Source: Hyphochytrium catenoides (lineage: Eukaryota; Protista; Hyphochytriomycota). From it: a stretch of 64,000 bases of DNA. Below the pieces are notes generated by a model. It was not told the DNA's origin and did no database searches. It saw only the letters and a list, made by a program, of their open reading frames with translations. The position numbers and the translations under genes are program-made. The stretch covers positions 49,492-113,491 of the forward strand of contig FLMG01000277.1 in the NCBI GenBank assembly GCA_900088475.1, in the 5' to 3' direction. Shown one piece after another: positions 1 to 13,800 of the stretch. Numbering within the stretch: position 1 is the stretch's first letter; the number at the start of each line of letters is the position of its first letter.

Positions 1-3000
1 TGTCCTGTGACCTGGAGTTGGCCCCACTTCATTTGAAAGCTTTGAGCGTCAAGGTGTGGCGCAGGATTGAGCTGTAGAGCTGGTGGCACTGCAGAAGCGA
101 GCGATACATATTAGGGCGGAGAGAGAAGAACACCAAGAGCACATCAAAGACTGTCACCACTAGTGGAGCAGTCGCAATCGGAAGAAATGAAAAACAAGAG
201 TCATATGGCAGTCAGCGAGAAATGAACAACAGCCAAAAAGAGCAACGTTTACGGCTCCGACAACAGGCTTCAAACAAGCCTCTTTGGCCGCAATTTCAGG
301 AGCAAGTGACGGTCCCTCTATCATGACTACTAAAAACTTGCACATTACGGGGTAAAACTGATAAGTTGACAGACCTGGCGGCTGAGGAGATGGCGCTGCC
401 ATCAAATCCAAGTCCAAGAGATTGGCTGCAGGGGCAACGGGAGGGTGATCTGCAACAGGTCCATCTTCCTCATCATATCCTTCCTCATTGTCATAGCCGG
501 GACGAACATTTTCCGCAAACTCCGCGGCCTCCTCAGCCATCATTTCCTTGATCTGGTTCTCTTCAGCTATAAAAGTCTCGCTGGGCTTGCCGTATACAAT
601 CGCAAGGGAGTTGAACTCAGAGAAGAGCTTCTCTTTGATGTCGTTGTCCCTCTCCTCTGAAAACATTTCAATGGGTGGCTTCACATAATTAACCACAGCT
701 GCCGCCGCTTTAACGTCCGATGTAAGAAGCCGATGATAAAGGAGAGCGCGATCACGGATCTCTGTGTCTGTACTGTCGTTGATGGCCGTAAAGAGAAGCC
801 GCCCAAGCATGGCTTGAACCTCGCCCGGTCGCTTAAAGAAGAGCTACGGTCGCAGGTATTGACACAAAGAAAAACGGCCGCAGTAAGAGATAGGTCAACC
901 GTTAGCTTCGTGGAACCAACGTGACTTCTTAACCGACCGTTGATGTGACTAATTCATCTAGCAAAGCGACTTCTTCGCCCCCCTGCTCTTCTTTTGCTCT
1001 TTCCTTACACCTTCTCCTCTCCCCCGCCCCGTCTTCTACTAGATAAGTAGTAATAATAGTGGTGGGACCTGGCACCGTCCATCCCACTCCTATTAGCCTA
1101 AGTTCTCACCTTCATCGTGGCGGTGAGCAGCTCTAAACATATAATTGTTGATGTCTCATCCACAAAGGAGTCAATAAGAGGCTCCAACAAGTATGGCGCG
1201 CTCCTAAAGGAACAGGCGGAGTGAAGATTAAAGAATGAAAACGTCATTGGTGTGTTGAGAGGACGCTTCTTTTGAAGTGGATGTAGGACAGAGCAAGTGG
1301 TAGGAAGTCAACCAGCAGGACTCAGTATGGAGAAGAGAACCATCACAGGTGAAGGTACACATACTTCACATCTTCGCCGAATTCTCCCATCATCCATATC
1401 ACGGCCGCCTTGCCTTCCGGGTCGTCAACCTTTTTAAGTGCTTTCTGCAGTGGGAGAGAAGTAATGAATAGGAAAGACTCTTGTGAGCACTCTGACATGC
1501 TGTCTGCGCGCCAGATCTGCTCTGTGTACAAATCGCTGTGTCTGTCTCTGCCTTCCTGTCTCTTCCTGAACCTTTTCTAAACCCGAGAAAGCCCTCTCTA
1601 CCTCAGTATGAAGGCCATGTCTTCCTGACCATGCCTGTACATAGCAAGGACGTAGTGTCTCTAGCTTGCTACTCTCTGGCCATCTCTTGAGCCACTTTTC
1701 CTGTCGCTTTCACCTAAACGGGGTTCCTGTGTCGTCTTCGCTGGATACTTACCGATACTATTGGCAGCACGTCGTGCTTATCTTCTGGATATTTCCTCAA
1801 AAGGTCCTTCATGACCTTCATAGTCTCCGCCTTGACATAGTCCACATCCATCTCTAAAAAGTCTAGCAGGAGATCAAAGATTTGCTGCGCAGAGCTCTCA
1901 ATGCGCACAGCAATCAGGGCAATAGCACGAATGGCCCTGCAGAAGGAAAGAGTACGAGCTGAGCCAACGTTTAGAGATCTCACTAGCAAATATCATGCTC
2001 TCCGTTAAGGCGTTCTAATCACAAGCAGCCTTTAAGATGTATCAGCGAAGCCACCTCGTCCTTGCAACCACGCTTCCGTTCTTCCTTCGTTAAGCGATTT
2101 ATCATGTTCAGTCTTATTCTTACCTTCTGGAGAGCTCTTGGTCAATGCCTTGCACGTACTCACTTAGCTCCTGGAGAATGTCGTTGACATTCTCCTCATT
2201 TGCCACATTTGAGAGCAGTTCAATCTTACAGTACTTCACGTGGCTTGGCTCATTGTACCGCGTGTAGAACTGCCTGTACTCATCATCAAATACTCCTGGC
2301 TGCCTCTGGACCATGTGCTCAATGTAATGGAGAACGACATAAGTGAGTTCCGAGCTTCCCCCGGCCATTAGAGTAAGCAGAGGTTGCTTGAGACGCTGGT
2401 GCACCTGAGAAATATGAGGACAAGAATGCCTTCAGTCAAACCTTTGAAATGGTAGCTGTAAGCCCTTACACTCTACTACATTCTACCTTCAATTTCCCTT
2501 CGCAGTTCGAAATGTCATAGAGTTCTGTCACATACCACCATTTCCACTATTCCTTTGGTTCATCTGGATTATAGAAACGTACCTGCCAATGAAAGTCCGG
2601 CATTCCCTCTGTAAGGTTGAGGAAGCACTTGGTTGCAGCTAACACGACTGCCGAGTTTGATACTCTAAGGCATGTCTCTAGAATGTTCATGATGTTGAAG
2701 GTCTCATCCTGGTTACTAGGCTTGTATCTGGCTACCAGGCCTAGAAGGACACACTGTCCCCATTCATTGAATTCTACAATGCGGTTGAGCAGGTGCGTGA
2801 TGATCTGTGTGTTGATAGCCATGCCACCCTCATCTGCCATGATCTCGTTGAGGGCGATAATGCAGTTCGTAACGACGTGTGTGTCTCTATCCCTCAGCAT
2901 GTTATATAGCGTATCCACCATCTCTGTGTCCTTCACAAGGTCTGGATTGAGTCCATATACCTTCAGGATACCCATCACACCAGTCTTCCGCACATAGGCG

Positions 3001-4256
3001 CTGGAGTCTGTCAGGGAGGCCTGAAGAGGATCTTGAATGTACTCAAGAATGGATTCCAGCCGGAGAGAGCAGAGAGATCGAAGAGCAAGCCCACGAACCA
3101 TAGGATCCTCATTGCGGCTATGGGTGAAGACGGTCATCGCAAGCGCAGTGGAGGAGAGCGTTGACAGGAATCAATCACAAAGGGAATGAGAGAGAAAGGA
3201 GTGACAGACGAAAACCATGTTAGTCGACAAACAACCGAGCCAAAGCTGCAGTCAGAGTGCAATGAAGTAAGGCCACGAATTTTCTAGTCCTTTCAACATC
3301 TTGGCCTTTCAGAATGAGAGACTCGCCAACTAAGAAAGCAAAGAGCACTTCCGCTCATTCCTTCTGGTGAATGGCAGGACCAGTGACAGCGAAGCAAGAG
3401 GGGGTAGCGAACGAAGGATATTGAACAGCAGAAGGGGGTATTAAGAGCTACATAGAACAGAGACGCATCGACAGACATAATGAGATAGCTTGGATGGAAG
3501 GTACTCACCAGTCTGTGAGAAGAGTGTTAATACAGAGAATCGCCAGGTCAGAGTTGGTCGCTGCATAGTTGGTAAGGTACTGATAGACCATCTTCTTGAG
3601 CACCATGTCCTTCGTGTCCACACACATCACCATCTCACTGAACAGGCGGGAGACATCAATGCCCAAGGTCATGTAAGCGATTACTTTCTTCACGATGTCG
3701 CGCTTTCGTTTCTGGTCCTTCTCCACGCTGATATTTCGAAGCAACTGGCAAATGCAAAAGACAGCAGGGAACCAAAGACAGGTATATTCACGTTAGCAGA
3801 GAGGCGGAAAGCGCGAAGGAGAAGAGCAGGCCCCAGACATTCTAAGTAGTGACAAAAGCAGAGATATGATACCCGAAAGACCAAGGAAAGGACGGCCAAG
3901 ATGCGTTCAATGTTGCCATGGCACTAGGGAGGAGAGACCGGAATACAAGGAGAGATAGGAATAGAGGATAATGATAGAAGAGAGAAGCCGTAGTGAAAGA
4001 GACTGCTCTAACTGAGACGAAAAGGAGCCATGTAAGGTCCTAGCAGACGGAGAGGAGGCATTGCTGGTAAGAGGGTACAAGAGCCTTGATGCCGTCCCAG
4101 CTATAGGCTGACAGGTAGTCCAAGCAAGCGTACATTCTTTAGCTCATTAACTTCTCCCTTCTTATGATCTGTGAAGTACGCAGGTCTCTTGGCTGCATCG
4201 CCCCCGGAAGGACCTCCGGGCATGCCCGACGGCCCTGACTTGGTCTTAACTGGCAT
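1..4256 (-). CDS. AP4B1: AP-4 adaptor complex subunit beta (beta-adaptin), multi-exon, 3' end runs off window
   Basis: Phase-compatible GT-AG exons at about 4134-4256, 3509-3744, 2583-3117, 2124-2404, 1753-1936, 1365-1444, 1110-1203, 376-843 and 1-88. They splice to YFTDHKKGEVNELK..KKVIAYMTLGIDVS..DCRNEDPMVRGLALRSLCSLR..APYLLE..EIRDRALLYHRLL..EFNSLAIVYGKP, then the appendage start LDAQSFQMKWGQL. LALRSLCSLR is the AP-4 beta type rather than the AP-1/2 beta type. Confidence 0.9.
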
Positions 4257-5146
4257 CTTGCCTGAAGCACCGAGTTCAAGAAGCGAAGGTCACATTAGCT
4301 TTGAGAATGAGGCCATAAGGATGGACTAAAGACTGAAGCTTCGAAGTAGCAGAAGTAGACCGTGCGAAGTATACACTCAAAAAAGGACGGTTTGGTGACC
4401 TTGTAACGAAAAGCTATCCTGGAGGTCCTTAGCCCAGTGTCCAGCTATTCAAACCCTGTCCTTGCAGACAGTGCAACAAGCTCCCACGCTAACTATCTTA
4501 GTGAGTCCCGCTGCCAGCAGCAAGCAAATGACAATGACCAGCGCTCCTGCAGAGACCAGCTCTACCTTCTTGCACCCTGGTCATGGCCGCAATGAGCTCA
4601 ATCAGATCATCAGATCTCATTTGTCTTGAGAGCTTTGAGAGAAGCACCAAAGAGCCGAAGAGCTCCCACTATCATCAAAGATATGCCGATGCCGGGTGGA
4701 ATTCAGAATACACTAAAGTTGGGGCGACTCACTCTTAGGCCTATTATTACAGTTATTATCACTATTTTACTAACTTAATGTCTCATCATGAATCGTATTA
4801 CTAGGTTCACCCGCTTCTAAATAGTATGCAAGATATTTAGGATTGGCGCCCTTTATATGTTTGGAATTAATTCTATTCTTCTATCTTGCGTCCTGCCCTT
4901 GAGAGACGCAAGCACTCCAGAGCGTCAGCGGAACCATCATCATCGTCAGTTCTTTGCCTGATGACAGGCAACAGTCTGGCGAGCGTTTGATGACTGATGA
5001 AAAATGCTAGCGGTCTATCTCAGGCACTAGCTATGCTGGCAGCAGCGTGCGACTCTCTGTTAGCACCTGCTTCCATGAGAGCAGCTCTTCGTAGGGCAAT
5101 GCCAGCCAACCTCTAGGGGATCATGCGTAGAAGGACGAGAATCCTC

Positions 5147-7850
5147 TCACTCATCGCATCCACCTCTTCCTTGGTTGCTCTCTCGCGCAGACCTGTCCCA
5201 GGCTTTGTCTTTTTCATAGCTTCTGATGTGCGGGATAACGATATCAAGCAACCATTTCGTGACCTCCTCCGCTGTAAAGGTCCTGTCACCTCTGCGAACA
5301 GCTTCTCTTAGCTGGAGCAACAAGGTGAAGTCTAGTGCGCGACCAATATCAGACTTGTGGAAGGTACCGACGAAAGGCGCTTGCTGTACGCGGGCAAAAA
5401 TCTCCTTTCCATTGAGAATTGGAGCTTGCCAGGCCACTGCTGTTGACAGACTTTCTTGATGTGAGAAGATCAGTGCTTCCAGCTGTTCTTTGCATTGCGC
5501 CTCCGTGGGAAGAACGCCTAGCTTCGAGGCAGTGCTAGCCCAGATAGAGCACAGAGCCACAGGGGCGTACCCACGGAATTGTCTTGACCAGACACCCCAT
5601 AGAGCCGCAGAAAGCTCACTCGGTGAGCCTAGTTCTTGGCACACGTCTTCCACCCAGCTTTCTATGGTACAGCTGTCGGCCGCCTTCGCCCGACTGCTCT
5701 CCAGAAGTCTAGCGGGACATAGAGATGAAGCGACCGCTACACTGGCCGCCGAAGCAGCGATCTTCTTGGTTAGTTTGAGCCCCACGGTGTAAGTACTATT
5801 CCCTGTCTTAGTTGTCCGCAAGAGAGATTTCCTGGTAGAGGCCATATACTCCTCACCAAGCAGAAAGAGTTCCTTCAGCCCCATTGAGGAAGACATATGC
5901 ACCTTAAGCGATGCGGTGTCCGCGCTAGTGGCAAGGGATACGAAACGATGTGAGACACGGGGACTGGCACGAGATACCGCGGTTATAGGCTATGTTTTGA
6001 AAGAAGTCACGTCTAAGGGCACCGAAAAGTGGAGCTTTCCCTTGCAGGCATCGGAACATAGCTAGATTGAGTCATCACTGAGGAATGGAGACAGAAGGCA
6101 CAGCGCCGCATATCAGAAAGCTTTACCTTTGGTCGGCTACTGGCCTTAGCACGGCAGCGAACTTAGCGTTTGGAAGCTCTTCATTGTTCCACCGAATGGC
6201 CTGATCTAAGCACTGAACCTCTTGAATAACCTCCTCCCAACGAGCTGCGTTATTAATATGCCTGCAACGCCAGCGGATATAGCATTAGACGACGTAGCCA
6301 GAGGATGTCACAGCTGCTCACAGTGACGCACTGAAGGTCTAAAAAGATAATAGGAAGAAGTCCCATGTCTCGGAACCAAGAGAGGGCAGCGGACGTCTTG
6401 GATTGTGCGTGGAACATCTTTTCAACCTGCCGACAAAAGTTAGAGCGTGGTTGCTTCTCTCGGGACTGCTATTTCACATAGTTTCTTCTGACAGTGCCTT
6501 TCGTCCATTCTGGGGACAATTACCTCTATGCCGTACCGCTCCCGGCTGACCTTATGCCGCAGCTCTTCATGCAGAGAGGGATCCGAAGCTGCCTGGAAGA
6601 AGACCGCATTATGTTAGGGTGTAAGAAGAGGATCCGGAAGAGGATAAACAGCTGCGGCATTGAAGCGGCTGTGCTTCCGACTATGTCACCTACGCTACCA
6701 CTCTCTACCTTACTTACTCTCTCGCCACCTCGCAGCACTTCTATGAATCCTATCTCGCTTAGCATAGACACTCTCCCTTACTTCCAAGATTTCGTTATCC
6801 AGACTGAGGTTGTAACGACTGGCGAAGCGCACTGCCCTTAAAGCTCTAAGAGGATCATCCTTGAAGGTCTCTGCTGCCGGGAGTGGGGTTCTTATTATTC
6901 TCTTCTTCAAATCCGACAGCCCCTAGAGGAGTAGGGAGTGAGAGATAAAACCGAGACGCGACCCATGATAAGGGTTCGTTGAGGTGTCTGGGTAAGGATG
7001 ATGTGGAAGGGCTGGGATATGGGAAGAAACGAAGGAACTAACAGACTGGTCTCCATGAGAACCAGACTTAGGTTACCTGGCCCGTATAGTCCTCAACGAC
7101 TCCTTCAGAGAGGTTATAGAACATTGCATTGACCGTGAAATCTCGCCGCCGGGCGTCCTGTTCCACAGTCCCCTGCGCAACCTTCGTTGGAACCCGGGTC
7201 CCTGCAGCGTAGTCTTCGGTTCTTAGCTGGACAAAGTCTAGGGCGAACCCGTCTACTGTCATACAGGCCGTCTCTAGGTGCTTGGACTGAACCATAGAGT
7301 CCCGGGGCAGCGTCAAAGAGAACAAGACAGGCCATCAGTCGAGCGAGAGTCAGGCATTGTGCACTGAGGTGAATAGAGAAAAGAGAAAAGATTTGAGCCC
7401 CAATCTATCGATATGAGATCATGATGAGTAAGAACCGGTCGCTGTAGGTCACTGCACCTGTGAAGGATTCTTTCTGACTATTCCAAATCCACTTTCACGC
7501 TTCGAATGGCTCTTCCTAAGATAGTCGGCGAACAGGGAAGCAAACTCAGCTCCGCTCAATCTATCTACGACCAGGTCGATGTCGGTGGAAGAGATGCCGA
7601 GCAGCTTATTGCGAACCCAGCCTCCCGCAACTCGAACAGTAGCTTGCGGACAGCATTGTCGACGAGCATGCTCCAGTTTACTGAAAAGCTCTTTCTCTGC
7701 CGATGTGAGAGAAACTGTCGCTGCTGTTACGGATGACACCGAAGAGGAAGCATAAGAAAGGCCACGACGTCGTTGAAGAACCCTCTGCGCCCAGATCTGC
7801 GCAATCGTTGTGGACTGCCACAGTCGATGATGGGATGCCTGCAACACCAT
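5147..7850 (-). CDS. CCA-adding tRNA nucleotidyltransferase (class II), multi-exon, possible mitochondrial presequence
   Basis: Motifs VRVAGGWVRNKLLG..STDIDL (7458-7850), SKHLETA..DFVQLRTEDY..DARRRDFTVNAMFYN (7077-7286), TFKDDPLRALRAVRFA and KVSRERYGIE. Downstream exons join in phase to the 5147-5902 ORF, which has the tail PILNGKEI. The N-terminus is Arg/Ser-rich. Confidence 0.88.
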
Positions 7851-8043
7851 CTTTTCCCTCCTTTCTTAGGTCCTAAGTCACCAATCCTGTTCTCCAGCAG
7901 GCCAATCGCGCGTTCAATGACTCTAAACTTCGGCAGGGAGGTGGTGGTGGTCCCTGACCTCGCTGCGCAGTGCTGCTTCCGCCGGCCTAGGCCGTCCGGC
8001 ATGGCAAACAGGACTGAGCTCGTGAACTGCTGGGAGCTTCTCA

Positions 8044-8132
8044 NNNNNNNNNNNNNNNNNNNNNNNNNNNNNNNNNNNNNNNNNNNNNNNNNNNNNNNNN
8101 NNNNNNNNNNNNNNNNNNNNNNNNNNNNNNNN
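8044..8132. other. Assembly gap (other gaps at 13474-13546, 24308-24356, 40883-40918, 46081-46142, 47891-47923, 49270-49330, 57650-57696)
   Basis: Runs of N. Confidence 1.
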
Positions 8133-8719
8133 CAGGTATCGTAAGGGGTTCAAGGTGGCAAATATGGGTCCATAAAGGAAACAATCTCCTTACGAAACCC
8201 GGGCTTTGTGGGCGAGATCTGGGTGGGACTTGTGAAGCCTTATTTTCGGGCCAAATCTTTTTGTTGATGATGATGAAGATTTGATGATGATGAGAATGAG
8301 AGCTTCGGCTGATGACTCGCCGCTTCTGCTAACTAAGAGCACGGCAAGAGCGGGGCCCTGTCCATACGGTTCTATTACTTACTGCTTATGTGCTGGTGAT
8401 AGCGTTTATACCGGGGAAGGGAGTACTATGATCAAGATGTACGTGTACTAAGTGAGTCGTGTCATCCTTCGTCCAACAAAGACAGTCTTACAGAGGCTAG
8501 GCAGCAAACAATCATCGTCATTTTGCTCGAGACGGAGACAGGTAAGGTCCATAACGACATATAAATAATTTATCAAAAAAAGCATAAGATCCACTTGTCA
8601 TTGGCGGCTGTGTAGCTAAAGTTCCGCCTTCTAGTCCTTTGCTAGTGACACTTCTCAGTCAAGCGACACCTTTTTAAACTGCAGTCCAAATCCCTTTTAA
8701 GTGAACTGCCGTTCATTTC

Positions 8720-11700
8720 TTACCATGTCTGTCCAGGAGGGGGTAATGGCGGAGCACTCATTCCAGGAGCATATATTCCTATGGGCTGCCGTCCAGCTTG
8801 CAAAGGAGGAGCATTGGAAGCGGACGAAGGAAGGGGTGGGGGGTCAGGAGGAAGAGGTGGAGGCAGCGGGACAATATCCATTGGTCCTTGTCTGTCTGAC
8901 TCAAGGGTCTTCTTCTACAGTACAGGCAAAAGAAGAGGACGGCGGTATCAGACAATGGAAGAAAAGAAAGTAGGAGACGAAGGCCTCTGATACCTTCAAT
9001 CGTTTCCTTCCACCCTTCTTGCTTTTTCCTTCTCCCGTGGAAGTCCTAATGCGCTCCAGCGCCGAGTTGTCTTTGTCTTCTGTTACCGAGGAGCTGGCCT
9101 TCCCCTTCCCTTTCTTCTGTTTCTTAAGTGTACCCTCTCTGGATTCTTTGCCCTTGCGACTTGCCTTCCCGTGCTCAGTTCTTCTGGGCATGCTATGCTC
9201 GGAGACCCCTATTGTGAGCTCTCTCGACCTAGAGTCAGGGTAGTCGTCCTGCTGGCTCCCTTCTTCTGAACTAAACTCCTTGGGTTGGCGTCTCCTCCCT
9301 TTTTCCGCCGCCTTTAGCAGCTTCTCTTTCCGAGGCCCACTCTTCTCGCTCTTGATTTGCTCAAGCTCTAATCTCAGCCGGCGAAGTCTTTCGTAGGAGG
9401 CCTCTAGTGCCTCATCCACTTGCCTTGACCTTTCCTCCTCATTGTCTTCTGCTAAGTCCTCCGTACGCTCTACCCTCGAGGTTCTCTTTGACTCTTCTAG
9501 CTCTACACATTGACAATGCGAAAAGTCACACCCAGAGAAACATGATGCAAGCAACAACCGCAATACCTGGTATCTGATATGGGGTCTCTCCTACATCTGC
9601 ATCATCACGCTCAAGAGCTCCCTTGAAAGCCCCGGGTTTGTCCACTATTCCATCTTCGTTCACGGGTTTCTCTTCAATGATATGGGAGCCCACTCCACTC
9701 AATGAGAGCCCACTAACCCCAGAAGTTAGAAGCGTTTTGGACTCCGTCTTTCGATTCTGGCCCTCCTCCTTACCAGAAGCTGCTATTTCGTTGCCCACCA
9801 CGGCCCTGTTGGCGGAGAGAAGCTTTGGATAAGAGGAGAGAGGCATGTTCTTCGGACGTTTTCCGCAACTCTGGCAGAAGTGCAAACAAAGGCCACGGCC
9901 CCAAGAGAAGAAGAACATGAGCTAGAGAGAGAGAGAGATCGGTCAGAGAGAAGGAGAAAGTCATGCGGACAGGAGGTTGCAGCGACACACGAACACTAAT
10001 AGCTATTGATGCCCTTCACCTTGGCCCAGATGGGAACGGGTAATATGGATACTGAGGAGGCGGCACGGCTGGGTAGGGCTGTCCACCAGGATGGCCTTCT
10101 GGCAGTTGACCTGGCTGCAGGTGTGGAGGTGGAGGATAGTAGTAATACCAGGGAGGAGGATAGTAAGGGAAGGGAGATGGAGCTATTGCTTGCTCGTTCT
10201 GTAAGACTGGCGCTTCTGGTGGTTCCTGTCTTTCGACGCTTTGTTTTTCTTCAACATTCTTGTCTTTGGCAGTGCCTGCCCGGTGTCGCTGCTTCTGGGG
10301 ATTTTCCTTTCTCCCCTCGTTCTTCTCCAGAGACTTCTCTTCTCTGCCTGAATGCTTCCCCTCCTCCGCTCCCCTGGGCGTCTTGCGTTCCTTGCGTATC
10401 GGATCCCTTCGGCGACGAGAAGAGGCGGCACCGAGTAAAATAACCTCATCATCATCAGAGGGGAGGGATGGAGCGCTTGTTTCACTCTTATTCCCAGTCT
10501 TTTTGGCACTAGTATCAAAGCTGATAACGCTGTCGCTGTCACGCTTGTAACGGAGAGGACTGCGCGAAGAACTTTCAACGCCATCCATTCGTCCTTTAGT
10601 GTTCGCTGTCTCTCTGCCACTGTCAGAGAACACAAGGGGCCCCGAGCCCTCTTTTGCAGTGTCGCTATCCCAGTATCTGTCATTAGCTCGATACTTGTAC
10701 CACCTCTCTCTATCCTCTCTTTCTTCTTTTTCCTGTCGGCTATCTCTTCCTCTCGCATAGTTTCGATCTATATCTTCCTCATAGGCGCTACCTGGGCTGC
10801 GCAGTCGTCGAGGAGAAAAAGCATATTTCGGATGGTAGCTCCTCTCATCGTCATAGTCATAGCTGTCTCGCTCCCAATCTCTGGAAGTAGCCCAATCTTG
10901 TCTTCTTTCAGGCCACCCTCGGTATTCATCGTAGGCTCTACTCTCTTTCTCTCGGTAGCTGGGAGGTTCCCATGCTCCATGCTCATAATAATCTTCATAA
11001 GAGTCATGGTAGTCTCTTCCAGTGGCGGAGCTGGGGTAGTGTTGCTGTAAGTCCTCTCTCTCTCTCTGGTACTCCACAGGAGGATGACATCTATCCTTCT
11101 GCGCAGGTTCCTCCCAATCTTCGTCTTCCTTATAGCGCATGCTGCTATCATTATAGTGCTCGGGTTCGTCCTCCGACCCTTCCAAACTGGGAGAGGCAGA
11201 AGTAGTGTCTCTCTTCTCAGCAATATCAAATCCTTGAGAGCTTTCTGCCCTTCCTGGCCGATCTAGCATTGCACTTGAGGAAGAATCAGGGTGCCCAGTC
11301 TTCCTCAATTCCTTTGGTCCGACTTCAGAGGCTGAAGGTGCCTGGAAAGGCATTTCACATCCCTTCGGTGATATAGGAAATAGGCCCTCTACATCTTGTT
11401 CGGTGCATTGCTCGAGTGCCTGAGAGAGCGGGGTGGCGGTCTCTACAGCGATCCCTAGAACGCAAAGGACGGCAGTACGAGTCCAAGACATGAAAGAAAG
11501 AGGGAGTGATGGTGAGACAAACGAAGGCAAAAGTCGCAACGGGGGACAGAGAGAGAGAGAGAGTATATGGGGAAACATTATTTTGAGGATAGGCTTTTCA
11601 ACTTTAACAGAACGATCTAACGAAGATTATGGAGATTTATCACCATTACCTTTAGAGTCATTTTCTCCTCTTCTAACTGCTTGCTCTGAACCAAGCCGTT

Positions 11701-12255
11701 CTGATGGTTCTCTTTGAAGAGCTGTATACAAAGCCGCAAGCCATTGTCGTTTGTCGTCTTCTGTGGCGGCAGAGCACTGAAATAGTTTGCGCCCCTTTGC
11801 TTGCAGGGCGAAGCTGTGAGGATAGACATGAAATTTGCCTTTGCCGTCCCAAGGGAGGATCGCCTCGATTGTGTGGCAAGAAAGGTAACGACCCTCCGCA
11901 AAATCGTGCTTCGTCTTGTAGGAGAGGAGCTGTGGGCCCCGCAGTGCGCAGTATCGCGCCGTCCTACGAGGTCATCAACGGTGTTAAGGCTCAGGCCGAG
12001 AAGATAGAGATCGAAGAATGAAAGCAGCAAGCTGGTTTGGATGGAGAAGTGGGAAGGGCGGGTGGTAGCAGACATCAATCCTCGGTCACGAATAGGACGA
12101 TGAGGTGACAGGTCAACCTTGACTGTGTTTCACATAGATCGCCCAGCGTGGGCATTCACTTACATAACTGGCACTGTCGCCCCTCGCTTCAGAAGAGGTC
12201 CATGCATGGAAATATTCATCATCGCCGATGGCGCTTCGTTACCTTGGCTAGTCAT
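8720..12255 (-). CDS. PH-domain protein with long disordered/charged region, Tyr/Pro-rich segment, short coiled coil and C-terminal polyproline
   Basis: Exons 12164-12255 and 11650-11963 splice to MHGPLLKRGATVPVMTARYCALRGPQLLSYK..WDGKGKFHVYPHSFALQAKGRKLFQCSAATEDDKRQWLAALYTAL, a PH pattern with the conserved Trp helix. This frame is not in the ORF track. It continues in phase into 10020-11454, ~9568-9806, ~8993-9502 and ~8720-8914. Confidence 0.75.
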
Positions 12256-13717
12256 TCCTCCTCTTTGGCACTAGTCCTTCAAGCTCTTTTGGGCAGTCGA
12301 TGCAGAGGCAAAAGCCGTAATGGCCGTCATCTAAGCACATACCCACCATGGGTATGCCTATGGGGGCTTTAGGGTATAAGACTCATTGCGATGGTAAGCT
12401 GATTACGCCGCTCCTAACCCACAGACAGGGTTTTGATGTTTGCCCGGAGCTCTGCCAATCGTTTGTCTGCGATGCACAGTGCCATTGCTTACGCAGCAGC
12501 ACATGGGAATGGATGACCTTGGTCGTGGTGAGCTCTGCATCTTCTGCATCTTCTTCCAGTGTCAGAGCCTCCAATGCTGACACGACGCGGCTGTTATTGA
12601 TCGCCATATTGGTAGCTGAGAAACATAGGGATGCAGCCAGATAACTCGCAATTATCGTCTGCTTTACCATAGAAAACCATAAATCTGGGGCTTGGAGACT
12701 TAATTCGACAATGTGGGCGATATTACATGCCTTATTCTAGGGCTTTAAATGTTAAAAGTCTCTTAGAATCGGGAGGGATGACGGTAGTTTCCCTTTGCCC
12801 AATATCAAACGCGGTAAGATCTTGTCTTGCACTCAGGAAGGCTCTGCAGCCGTGACAAGAATTCTACTGTATTATGTAGTTCTATGGGTCGGGAGACCAG
12901 CGATGGTCTGTCATACCAAAGGGCGCTTGGCGGAAATGCCTAGTAGAGCTGCTAGTAGGAGAATCGAACAATTGACTCTCATGGTGGTCAATCCCTCTTC
13001 TCCTGGTCTCGCCTCTCTCTTCAGCCTGTCTTATCGTCCTTTCCCTGAGTTGCCATAACTAATAGAGAACCCAATTGCCAATTGCCTACTACCACGCGCG
13101 AACTATCTACCTGCACACCGCACCATTGAGCCACTCCGCCTGGCACATCATGGCGCCCGATCGTAGCGATCACGCCATTATTGGTCCCATCAGGGCATTC
13201 GGAGACGAGGCTAGCACCAGCAACACCGGGCAGATCTGATCGAGGTTCGAGGAGAAAGATGAAGCAGCTTGATGTTTCAGGCACCTTTGACCTTCCCTTA
13301 CAGTACTTCCCAATCAAGTTACCAGCACTCTGCCACTCTTGCCAAGCTCGTAGGTCATTCCTAATAGGACTGCACTAAATTCGCACTAAAATTAATTCAG
13401 GAATACCGATCCGGAATGGTGTCACGTCGGTTACTGACATGCTTTTGGTGTTTGTTGAAAGCAGAAGAGCAAGNNNNNNNNNNNNNNNNNNNNNNNNNNN
13501 NNNNNNNNNNNNNNNNNNNNNNNNNNNNNNNNNNNNNNNNNNNNNNAGGGATTCAGAGGGCTAGAGAGGAAGGAAATAGCAGAAGGAAAAAATGAAGGTA
13601 GGGGTCAAGGGCGAGGAGGAGCTGATGAAGTTTATAGGAAGAGACAGAGGTATGATCAGGAAGTCGCTGTGCTCTTAAGGACGCGGACAATAAGGATAGG
13701 CCATCCAGGCGCACAAA

Positions 13718-13800
13718 GAGAGAGAGAGAGACAGACAGAGAGAGAGAGACAAAGAGAGAGGAAAAGAAAGGGGTAAAGAGGGGGAGAGAAGAGAAGATTA
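13718..13800. repeat. (GA)n/GACA purine-rich simple repeat
   Basis: gagagagagagagacagacagagagagagagac..., directly visible. Confidence 0.85.

Noticed and set aside
12795-13378. Possible small gene between the PH and coiled-coil genes
   Set aside because: Only short ORFs on both strands, with no recognisable motif or convincing splice model.
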